A stretch of 64,000 nucleotides of DNA from Zygnema circumcarinatum SAG 698-1b (lineage: Eukaryota > Plantae > Zygnematophyceae), in assembly GCA_037447605.1 (NCBI GenBank), contig CM074815.1:496001-560000 (forward strand), read 5' to 3'. Of this stretch, positions 27,616 through 37,236 are shown piece after piece. The translations under genes were made by a program, and so were the position numbers. Position 1 is the stretch's first letter. Each line of letters begins with the position of its first letter. A model generated the notes under the pieces. The model had not been told where the DNA came from and did no database searches. It saw only the letters and a list, made by a program, of their open reading frames with translations.

Positions 27616-28108
27616 GTGAGAGAGCTCGACGATGCGAATGGGATCCTCCCTTTAAGGGCCCACTTGGTGAGGGGAGGCTGTGCACGAGTTCGTTCGTTCT
27701 CGAGAAAGGCTTTGGGGCCGAAATTGTGAATACTGTATATTTATCTTTTTGTAAATATTTTCAGCTTAGAGTGAAATAGAAAAAAAATCTCCTTGGAGGG
27801 GCAAACGGAGGGAGATTGTATATTGTATATTGTTTCGTCAGCAGGCACAGATCAGTTGGCACACTGTGCACAGTACTGAAAAAAAAAAGAGGGAAAGGAA
27901 AAAAAGGAAATGGGCGAATGCAATTTCAGCATGCACATTTTGGCATGAAGTCGCGCATTCAACAAATTCCGGTTTGCTGTACATGTAAAGGGAACTCGAT
28001 GCTTCCAAAACCTCAAGAGCCCATCAATTTCTGAACCCTCAAAAACCGTCTAAAAAGAAAGGAAAAATAGAAGAAATAAACGCCTGTACAGATGCATCCC
28101 CCCTGGAC

Positions 28109-28296
28109 CTACAACCTGGCCATCGGCTGCAGAGCGTCCTTAGACTTCAATTTTGATTCAATGTCAAAGTTTTTTCCAATGTAGGCCTTCAAATAATTAA
28201 TTCCCGGAACCACATTCGAAGCATTGAGCGGCTCCCTCTGCGCCGATGCCAAGAGGTGTCCGTACACGTCCCCGTCGTACAGCCCAATGGCGGACC
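28109..28296 (-). pseudogene. Orphan duplicate of the last ACX exon (ends ...DALQPMARL*)
   Basis: 188 bp, the same length as 40964-41151. Acceptor ttgcag and stop are intact; there are several substitutions (GLYDG vs GRHDG). No upstream ACX exons were found nearby. Confidence 0.85.
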
Positions 28297-29599
28297 CTGC
28301 AAGGAACTTAGGGTTCAGGGGTTAGAGTTTTTGGGGTTCTAGGCTTCAGGGTTCAGGGTTTTAGGAGTGAGAGGAGAGAGGTTTTCAGGGTTATGAAGGG
28401 TTCAGGGTTTTAGGAGTGAGAGGAGAGAGGTTTTCAGGGTTATGAAGGGTTCAGGGTTTCTCAGGGTTTGCCCGGTACTCGAGTTTTAGGATTTTAGGGT
28501 TTTGAAGGGTTTTTAGGGTTTTGAAGGGTTTTAGAGTTTTAGGGTTTTGAATGGGTTTCAGGGTTCTGAAGGGTTTTAGGGTTTTGAAGGGTACTAAATT
28601 AGAAGTCTAGCAATTCCCTCCAAGAACGGGAAAAAAATAAACAAAAAAGAAAGAAAACTGAACAAGGAGAAGCCAGGGGGCATCATTGCGTTTGGGCAAA
28701 GTTTATCTGCTGTTCCTTTTTTTTTCATTTTAGTTCTCTCCCCCCTTTCTCTCTCTCTCTCTCTCTCCCTCTCAATATATATATGTATACAATGCATAAA
28801 TAAAGGGTTGATAAATCCACCCCTTTTTTGGATCGACACACCCCTTTTCCGCCGAGCAGATTTAATAAAGGTTTAAAAACGGAAAATGCTTTTTTCGCAA
28901 CTTTCTGGAATCGATACAATACCTTTTTCCGTCGGGCAGACTTTATTTTACAAAAAAAGGGTCGAAACCGTAAAGTGCGCGTTCGCCCTGCCACGAGATG
29001 TACAGTACCCCCCCTAATATTTTCGCCATGGTTTCGACCGATATTGGACGAAAATTTTGGATTTGGAAAGTAGAATCAAGTCCGTGTTAACATTAGGCGG
29101 GCGCTCGTGGTTTCTCGAGACCGGCCTGCGGCCGTACTGTTTCTCTCTGTACGGAGGCGCCTGGCCGCCCAGCGGGCCCTGTCGCGAGCTCTATTGGTGC
29201 CGTACATTTAACTACGCGAGCTCCTATTGGCACCGTACATATACCGTACGGTTCCGAGATTTTATCCGTACTTGACGTACAACAAAATAGCGTGACCCAT
29301 GTTCAGAATCCGTTTCGATTAGCAGATTTTGTATTGAAAAGTAGGTCAGGTTAGGTTAACACCCCTTATACAATAACTTAACACAAACCGTACTTAACGG
29401 TACTAACTTACCGTACTAAAAGTGGAAGTGAAAAGCAGCAAGAGCAGCAGCAGCAGCAGATAGGATAACATATAGAAAAGAAAATGGATAGATGGAATAA
29501 AAACAACTTCAAAAAAAATAACAACATATGTTTGGCATATGAAGCAAAAACCCTAAAAACTTTAAATAAATAAAAATAGACGAATGAATAAACACTGCA

Positions 29600-29670
29600 A
29601 GTCGAAGAGGGGATTTGAACCCCTTTCTTACTGTTTTGCAACAGTTGCGTAACCAATCCGCCACTTCGAC
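29600..29670 (-). tRNA. trnC: tRNA-Cys(GCA)-like sequence with a 6-nt anticodon loop (probable pseudogene or 1-nt error)
   Basis: The minus strand reads GTCGAAG TG GCG GATTGGTTA CGC A ACTGT TGCAAA ACAGT AAGAA AGGGG TTCAAAT CCCCT CTTCGAC T. It has a perfect 7-bp acceptor stem, 5-bp anticodon and T stems, a B-box GGTTCAAATCC and a U discriminator. The loop lacks one base relative to canonical CUGCAAA. Confidence 0.7.
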
Positions 29671-29699
29671 TTAATGGGGAGGGGGAGGAATAACATACA

Positions 29700-30620
29700 G
29701 TCATACACACAATAAAAGCATAAGCAAAGGAACGAGAGGCACAAGCAAAGGCAAGGGAGACAGTGGCAAGAGCAACATAGCAAGGGGCAAAGGCAAGGGA
29801 GGCTAGGGCGAGGGCAAGGGAGGCAAAATGCGGAATGTGGAAAAGGGAGGCAGAATGCGGAATGCGGAATGCGGAATGCGGAATGCGGAATGCGGAATGC
29901 GGAATGCGGAATGCGGAATGCCGAATGCGGAATGGGAAATGCGGAATGCAGCAGCAAAAAAAAAAAAAAAAGAATGCTGCAGCAGCAGCAGCAAGAGCAG
30001 CACGAGCAGCAGCCGCAACAACAGCAGTAGGAAAAGCAGCAGGAGCAAGAGCAGCAGCAGCAGCACAGCAAGAGCAGCAGCAGCAAAAAAAGAAGCAGCA
30101 GCATTAGGAAAAGCAGCAGTAGGAAAAGCAGCAGCAGAAAAAGCAGCAGCAGCAGAAAAAGCAGCAGCAGCAGGAGCAACAGCAGAAGCAATAGCAGCAG
30201 CAGCAGCACGAGCAGCAGCAGCAGAAGCAACAGCAGTAGCAGCAGCAGCAGAAAAAGCAGCAGCAACAGCAGCAGCAGTAGCAGCAGCAGCAGAAAAAGA
30301 AGGAGGAGCAGCAGAAAAAGCAGCAGCAGAAAATGCAGCAGGAGGCAAAGCAGCAGCAAGGGAGACAAGGGAGGCATGGGCAAGGGCGAGGGAGGCAGGG
30401 GCAAGAGCAAGTGAGGCAGAGGCAGGGGGAGGGGAGGCACGGGCAGGGGCAGGGGCAAGGACTCACCATTCCTCAAGCCCGCCGTCGTCACTTGCTCACC
30501 GGCCGCCGAGGGGGGTGGAAGGCGACAAGGGGGTGGGGAGGGAGGGAACACACCGCAAGGGGGAGAGACAGAGCGAGAGAATGGGTGAGAGGATGCAAAG
30601 GAGAATAGAGAAAAATCGCC
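29700..30620. repeat. Low-complexity tract: (AATGCGG)n heptamer followed by GCA-rich repeats
   Basis: gcggaat repeated about 12 times at 29856-29945, then gcagca/gaaaaagcagca runs to ~30350. Confidence 0.9.
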
Positions 30621-31361
30621 TCCTGTTCGCGACTAGCCTCCAAGTCCCCACACACGGCGCACGATCGCCGTCGTCGCCGGCTCACCGTTCACTGGGGGGA
30701 GGCGAGAGGTTGCTCTGCTCGCACCGCTGCAAGGATGGCTCGGGCGGCGGCGAGGGAGGAGCCCTAAACCCTAAACCCGTGCTGATCTGAGCTCGCAGCG
30801 AGCGAGCAGGCGGGCAGGCGGCGGGACGCCGCTCGCGCGGTGGTGACGCGCGTGGCGACAAAACGGAGGGCGGCGGGCGGCGGGTCGAAAAGGGGGGAGT
30901 CAGGCCTGGCCCGGAGATGCAAAAGGTTCACAGTTCGGACCAGTGGATCGGCAACCATTGGACAACCATTGGATGGCAATGGTTGGACGTCTACTGGTTG
31001 GCAACCAGTCGACTGGTTTGGAACCAGTGGATGCCACTGGTTGGCAACCAGTCGAATGGTTGTTTCGGTCCGCAACCACTGGTTGGCAACCAGTCGAATG
31101 GTTGTTTCGGTCCGCAACCACTGGTTGGCAACCAGTCGAATGGTTGTTTCGATCTGGCGGCACTGGTTGGCAACCAGTCGAATGGTTATATCCATTAAAT
31201 CAAATGGTTGGCAACCATTAAATCACTAGTTGTAGCAAACTGAACGCTACAGTTACCAAAATGCCGTCGGCGTTTCGGGGAAAACTATTACGGTTCGGCC
31301 GTACAGACATTTCGTACAACCGTACGATTCGCTGTACGAATTCGTACGCATCTGTACGCAT

Positions 31362-32160
31362 CAGGCCTGTTACACTAGTTGTCAACGGTTGGCAACCCAC
31401 CAAAAAACACATACGACCCATTTTTGCAAAAAGTCATAATTTCAGAAATTCAATGGTTGCCAACCATTGGATCACTGGTTCCGAACCAGTCGAATGGTTG
31501 TTTCAGTCCTGCGCCACTGGTTCGCAACCAGTCGACTGGTTTCCAACCAGTGGATCCACTGGTTGGCAACCATTCGACTGGTTGCAAACCAGTGGCATCC
31601 ACTAGTTCCAAACCAGTCGAATGGTTGTTTCGATCCGGCAGCACTGGTTGGCAACCAGTCGAATGGTTGTTTCAGTCCTGCGCCACTGGTTCGCAACCAG
31701 TCGACTGGTTTGGAACCAGTGGATGCCACTGGTTGGCAACCATTCGACTGGTTGCAAACCAGTGGCATCCACTAGTTCCAAACCAGTCGAATGGTTGTTT
31801 CGGTCCGCAACCACTGGTTGGCAACCAGTCGAATGGTTGTTTCGGTCCGCAACCACTGGTTGGCAACCATTCGACTGGTTGCCAACCAGTGCCGCCGGAT
31901 CGAAACAACCATTCGACTGGTTGCAAACCAGTGGCATCCACTAGTTCCAAACCAGTCGAATGGTTGTTTCGATCCGAAACAACCATTCGACTGGTTGCGA
32001 ACCAGTGACGCAGGACTGAAACAACCATTCGACTGGTTCGGAATCAGTGATCCAATGGTTGGCAACCATTGAATTTCTGAAATTAAACAAATTTGCAAAA
32101 ATGGGTCGTATGTGTTTTTTGGTGGGTTGCCAACCGTTGACAACTAGTGTAACAAGCCTG
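31362..32160. mobile_element. Inner foldback built from the same ggttggcaaccagtcga satellite, inserted in the left arm of the outer element
   Basis: Terminal inverted repeats caggcctgttacactagttgtcaacggttggcaaccc / gggttgccaaccgttgacaactagtgtaacaagcctg, extending ~170 bp. No direct TSD was found. Confidence 0.75.
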
Positions 32161-32870
32161 ATGCGCAGGCCTCTTCAAATAGGGGATTTCGGCTTAAGAT
32201 AGGGGACTGTCCCCTAACTTGGTTTTGTAAAAACACGTAAATATGGACTGTACGGACGAAACCGTGCACGTACGGACGAGAATTTTGTGGAGACCTTGCT
32301 TCATCATTTCCCAACACTGCTACCGTCGAGTCTGATTTTTCAGTAATTGGATGGGAGAAAGACGAGTTTCGAAAGAGGTTGACAGACTTCTCATTGGAAG
32401 GCATTCTTCACTGCAAACAGTTTGATAGTTTGACCGCTCTTCGAGGGTCTCTTTCAGTAGTTTGCACCACTTCTATAGCTGTCTTGATCAGCTAAAACTC
32501 CTAAGGGAGTGAGACCATTTTTCATTTCATTTCTAATTTTAGTTCCTATTTCAGTTTTTCTTTTGTGACTACACCTAGAATTTCAGAGGTTATGATTTGG
32601 AATAGAGTTTTTGTGAGGAAATTTCAAGACTATGATAGATTCTAAAGTGATACTTGGAGTAATTAATGATGGATGGAAAAGGAAATAGAGAGCTTAGGAT
32701 TGGATCTACAAAGTTTCAGTGCAATTGGGTTTTTGAATAAGCAACTATATGTTGTGATTGCCAAATGCACAGTTGTTCTAATTGATTGGTAAAATTTACC
32801 AATCTATAAGAGTCGAAGAGGTTGCACCAGTTTTTAAAGCCGTGTTGTTATACCAACAAGTAAACTTCAT

Positions 32871-33816
32871 GGGTAGTGATATTTCCACCCCTTTTTTGGA
32901 TCCAAACACCCCTTCCCGGCCGGGCAGATTTCAAAAGGGATTAAAAACGGAAAATGCTTTTTTCACACCTTTTTGGAATCGATACCCACCTTCTTCCGTC
33001 GGCTGATTTTATTTTTGCTAACCAAGGAAAATGATACCCCGTCACCGCATTTTGAATACTGTATCCCGCCTCCCTGAATTTTTTTTTTGAGGGAAAGAAA
33101 TATCTGCCTGCCCGAATCCGCTCGGAGCAGAAGATCCGTCCGCCACGAGATCGTTCGCGGGTGTCCGTCCTTTACACGTGTGTGTCAATCGCAGCTGTCG
33201 ATTCCCTCGCAGATCGTACCACTGCAGATCACCGTTCGATCTGCAACCAGGCTCGATCTCAGCGAATGGAAAGCGCCCACGAGTCCCGTCAAAGCAGGAT
33301 CGCACGTGCGAGTGCGCGCGTCCTTCGGCCCGAGATCTCGTCATTGTAACCTCCCAGCCAATAAAAATCTGCCACGTGTTACAATTTTGACGTGGAAAAT
33401 TTTGATTGGTCTAAGATCTCAATGTACGAAATTTTGGGTTCCTCAAGTTGCGACCGTACGACATTTGTACGGACAAACTTTTGAGAGGACTTTGGCGGGA
33501 TACGTGGGCCCGTGCCATGCGCTGTGACCGAGCCCGGCTGCAGAGCAAATAGTGATCTGTCGTGTTGCGATCTGCGAGGGAATCGACGGCTGCGATTGAC
33601 CGCACGCGTGAAAAAAAATTTAGGTAGGCGGGATATTCAAATGGGGTGACGGGTTATCATTTTCCTTGTTTCGCAGAAATAAAATCTGCCGATGGAGGGT
33701 GGTATCGATTCCAAAAAGGTGTCAAAAAAGCATTTTCCGTTTTTAATCCTTTTTGAAATCTGCCCGGCCGGGAAGGGGTGTTTGGATCCAAAAAAGGGGT
33801 GGAAATATCACTTCCC
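32871..33816. mobile_element. Intact 946-bp long-TIR foldback/MULE-like non-autonomous element; 8-bp TSD
   Basis: Termini gggtagtgat / atcacttccc. AACTTCAT is duplicated at 32863-32870 and 33817-33824. TIRs are ~200 bp, plus inner inverted blocks (33175-33270 vs 33520-33610). Confidence 0.85.
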
Positions 33817-34431
33817 AACTTCATATACATCATTGCTATCGTGGTTGCAAATGCAATTCATTTCCATTTTGTTTTTAACCAAAAAAATGCTTTTTTGGGG
33901 CTTGTGTGGTATTTAAGTTGAAATCACGTAAACTAATCTCAAAATCTTACATAAATAAGCTATTTACGATATTTAGGGGATCTCCCCTATTTGAAGAGGC
34001 CTGCTGATGCGTACAGATGCGTACGGATTCGTACAGCCGAGTGGTACGATTGTACGGAGATTCTGTACGGCCGAACTGTAATAGTTTTCTCCGAAACGCC
34101 GACGGCATTTTGGTAGCTGTAGCGTTCAGTTCGCTACAACTAGTGATTTAATGGTTGCCAACCATTTGATTTAATGGATATAACCATTCGACTGGTTGCC
34201 AACCAGTGGCATCCACTGGTTCCAAACCAGTCGACTGGTTGCCAACCAGTAGACGTCCAACCATTGCCATCCAATGGTTGTCCAATGGTTGCCGATCCAC
34301 TGGTCAGAACTGTGAAAAGGTTACGAAATTGCTCTCTTGAATTCGCGGCGCCCGAACCTGCCGAACGGCCACTTTTTGTGAAAAAGGCCTGCCGTACAAG
34401 GCGGAATTCGCCCGACGGGCTTACGAAATTA

Positions 34432-34636
34432 GGGGGAGTCAGACCTTGACCATCGCCAAATCAATTTCGTAAGCCTGTCGAGCGAATTTAGCATTAGCTA
34501 GGTACTGTACGTATTTCGGTACGGCCGTGTACGGCGGAGCCTCGGATCCCGACTCGGAATACGTACACGAAAGAAGTGACTTTTAGTATAAGGAATTCGG
34601 GATTTTCGTAAGCGATGGTCAAGGTCTGACTCCCCC
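34432..34636. mobile_element. MITE with TIR GGGGGAGTCAGACCTTGACCATCGC
   Basis: Perfect ~25-bp inverted repeats with TA on both flanks. A diverged relative lies at ~56350-56475. Confidence 0.7.
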
Positions 34637-34721
34637 TAATACACTATAATACGTGCGTATTATACAACATTTTGATGTACAGTGTACTTCATATGTATTT
34701 AACGTCTTTCTTCGTTCGTTC

Positions 34722-35296
34722 GGCTGCTTCTAGGGCTGCGTTGTTGTGCCCAGGCGTAGTTTTCCGCTCCTAGCTTCGTTTTATTGTGTTTTGGTCCTTT
34801 GTGACCAGTCCTTCGTGGTTCCACATTTTGCCTTTCTCCATGTACATTTGATGGCCTCGCCATCGCGAGTTCAATGAAAGTTACCCCTCTTTCTTCGTTT
34901 TCTTTTTAGTTTGACAGAGATTCATTATAATAATCGAAGCTTGAAGCCGTAAGGCAGCTCTAGGACACCTCATACTAGAGTCATTGCCATCAGCTCCTTG
35001 TTCGAATTCTCGATCCGTGTAGTTCCGTACAAAAATTTCGCACGACTCTACTGTATGTCCGATTGTACGGATCTCATGAAATTCTCCTTTCTTTCATCTC
35101 AACACTAGCACCTGAGTTTTCTACAGTGTATACCAATGGTTTGCCAACTTACGATGGCGAGGCCATCAAATGTACATGAACAAAAGTAGCATGGGGAACC
35201 ACGAGGGACTGGTCGCAAAGGACCTGAGCACAAAAGAAAGAAGCTAAGAGCGAAAAACTACGCCTAGGCGCAACAACGCAGCCCCTAGAAGCATCC
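34722..35296. mobile_element. Foldback with ~145-bp diverged inverted arms (34722-34866 / 35151-35296); one arm also at ~40310-40480
   Basis: ccatgtacatttgatggcctcgccatcg versus cgatggcgaggccatcaaatgtacatg and flanking sequence. Confidence 0.65.
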
Positions 35297-35599
35297 GCGA
35301 AGGTCACCGATGTACGGCACATCGCGAGGAGGGAGGGAGCGGCGGAAAGTCCAAAAGTGTGTACGGTAGTACGGAACACTAAGCACAGGTTGAAGCACTC
35401 GTAGTCGTCGGACTGCACTCCTCCCCGGGGCGGTCCGCCACGTGGCAGTATCCACGTCACTGCGCTCGAGGTCAAACGACCATACTACCGTACGGTCGGG
35501 CGGGGATTGGCTCCGCCAGCAGCGGAGCCGTTGGCCGTTGGCCGCCGTCTGCTCTCCGTAGCGGATTGGCTGAGCGGGCGAGGGAGGAGTAGGAGGGAG

Positions 35600-35950
35600 T
35601 AGGGATGGATTAGTTACGACTATATATTATATATTATATTATACAACTGTGACGACTAGATAACGGCTGGTATATATTAATTTACAACGCCTTTACAACA
35701 TGTACGGTCGCACGGTCGTACGACTGTACGGTATTATGCGGCCCGAGCACGAGCAGACAGAGAAAACCAGACGAATGCATTTCGCAACGCCAACGCCAAA
35801 ACGACCTAATATTGGTATGGTACGACCGTACGACCGTACGAGTACGGTACTTATATGTAATAAAGTGTTTTAGTTTGTAATATATTACTAATTTTAAACC
35901 CGTTGTAAATTATATAATATATTCGGAATTTATAACGCGGGCCATCCCTA
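35600..35950. mobile_element. Intact hAT-family MITE (351 bp)
   Basis: TIRs TAGGGATGG / CCATCCCTA (Ac/Ds-like). 8-bp TSD GGAGGGAG at 35592-35599 and 35951-35958. Confidence 0.92.
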
Positions 35951-36259
35951 GGAGGGAGGAGGGAGGAGGGAGGGAGGAGGGAGGAGGAGGGGAGGGAGGA
36001 GGGGAGGGAGGAGGGAGGAGGAGGAGGAGGGAGGAGGGAGGAGGGAGGAGGGGAGGCTGGCGGCGGGGGGGGCGGACAGCCATGGCGCCTGGACTCCGAC
36101 TCTGAGAAGTTCCGCCGAGTCGAGGAGGCAGGCGCGGGCAGCCATGGCGGGGGCCGTCGAGTCGAGCAAAGAAGAATGACGTAAGCCCTAAAATTACCTC
36201 CGCCTCATTGCTTTTGCAGCGCGATGGAGCCTCCCGGTTGCACTGCTGAACGTCAAATT

Positions 36260-36947
36260 TGTTGAACTGGGAAAACTTCCACCTGGAAAACTTCCACCTC
36301 TGCCTCTGAATCCACCTCTGCTATTATATCCATCTCTAGGTTCTTATCCTCCTCTACCACTCGTATATCCTCCTCTGATTGAAAAGCCTCCTATATTTGC
36401 GTAACCTCCTCTCCTACTTCTGCTTTCCTCATCTCCTGTGCTGAATTTTTCGATGAGTAAATTTTTTTGAGCTTTGTCCACATTTCTGCCGCTGTTAATC
36501 CTCTAAGTGCTGTTCCATGCGGGGAGGATTTCATTGAAGTGAGAATTTAAAGATTTTGCTTTACTGTTTTTATTCTTACAGCTTGCAAACTGCTTGGGCT
36601 CCCTCCCTTTGTCTGGTCTGGCTTCTGTGCCATCCACCAACTTCATTCAGCTCCTTCGCTTCGAGCACCGCCTCCATGTTTTGACTCCAGAAAAGATAAT
36701 TTGTCCCTTCAAACAATGTAACTGAATATTTCTCCATGTCATCGTCCCCTGCTCTGATACCACTTGTAGAACCACAGCTTTGAGGAAAGCATAGGGTGCT
36801 TGAGCTCTTGTTAAATTTTGGAATAAAGTGCAGGGGATATATGTGATGTGCCTTGAATGATTGAAATTGTTGAAAATGTCTAGGAAAGGAAAGTTTCATG
36901 AGGATGAGATGGAAAAAACTGAGAGAGAAATAGGGCCTGGTTCTACA
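36260..36947 (-). mobile_element. Truncated Ty1/copia insertion: one 183-bp LTR, PBS, 5' gag fragment
   Basis: LTR 36765-36947 bounded by TGTAGAACC/GGTTCTACA. Minus-strand PBS TGGTATCAGAGC (36751-36762). Gag MEKYSVTLFEGTNYLFWSQNMEAVLEAKEL. AAATT is duplicated at 36255-36259 and 36948-36952, and the empty site is visible at ~24285. Confidence 0.85.
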
Positions 36948-37236
36948 AAATTCACGTATTTTTTGCCGCCTTCTGTGCAGGTGCTCGTTTTAGGGAATCA
37001 TCATCTTCTGTTTACGCCGCGCTCCATATTCTCAGTGACAAATCCGAACCATCCGTCCAACCCTGAGAGAGACCTTAGAGAGACAGATTTGTCGGCGGCG
37101 GAACGCGGCCTGCCGGGAAATGACGTAGTGCGCTTAGCGAGGCCGGCTCATAATTCCCCAACCCCTCTCTTTCTCTCTCTCTCTGCCTCTCTCTCTCTCT
37201 CTCTCCCTCTCTGCCCGTCCGTCCGTTCGTCTCAAC

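Larger units (their letters stand above)
30929..34314. mobile_element. Large foldback DNA transposon with long TIRs containing a 39-bp satellite; 8-bp TSD
   Basis: Starts CACAGTTC (30929) and ends GAACTGTG (34314). AAAAGGTT is duplicated at 30921-30928 and 34315-34322. Arms 30929-31365 plus 32162-32190 are the reverse complement of ~33968-34314. No transposase was recognised. Confidence 0.85.

Noticed and set aside
28310-28590. True telomere or chromosome fusion site
   Set aside because: The units are highly degenerate and correspond to the duplicated last ACX intron (41160-41320).
29628-30790. Ala/Glu/Lys-rich 320-aa protein (antifreeze-, histone H1- or TolA-like)
   Set aside because: It is made of heptamer and GCA repeats that stay open in several frames on both strands; no domain or splice support.
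30764-32143. Repeat proteins (ETTIRLVANQWLR etc.)
   Set aside because: These are translations of the 39-bp satellite in foldback arms.
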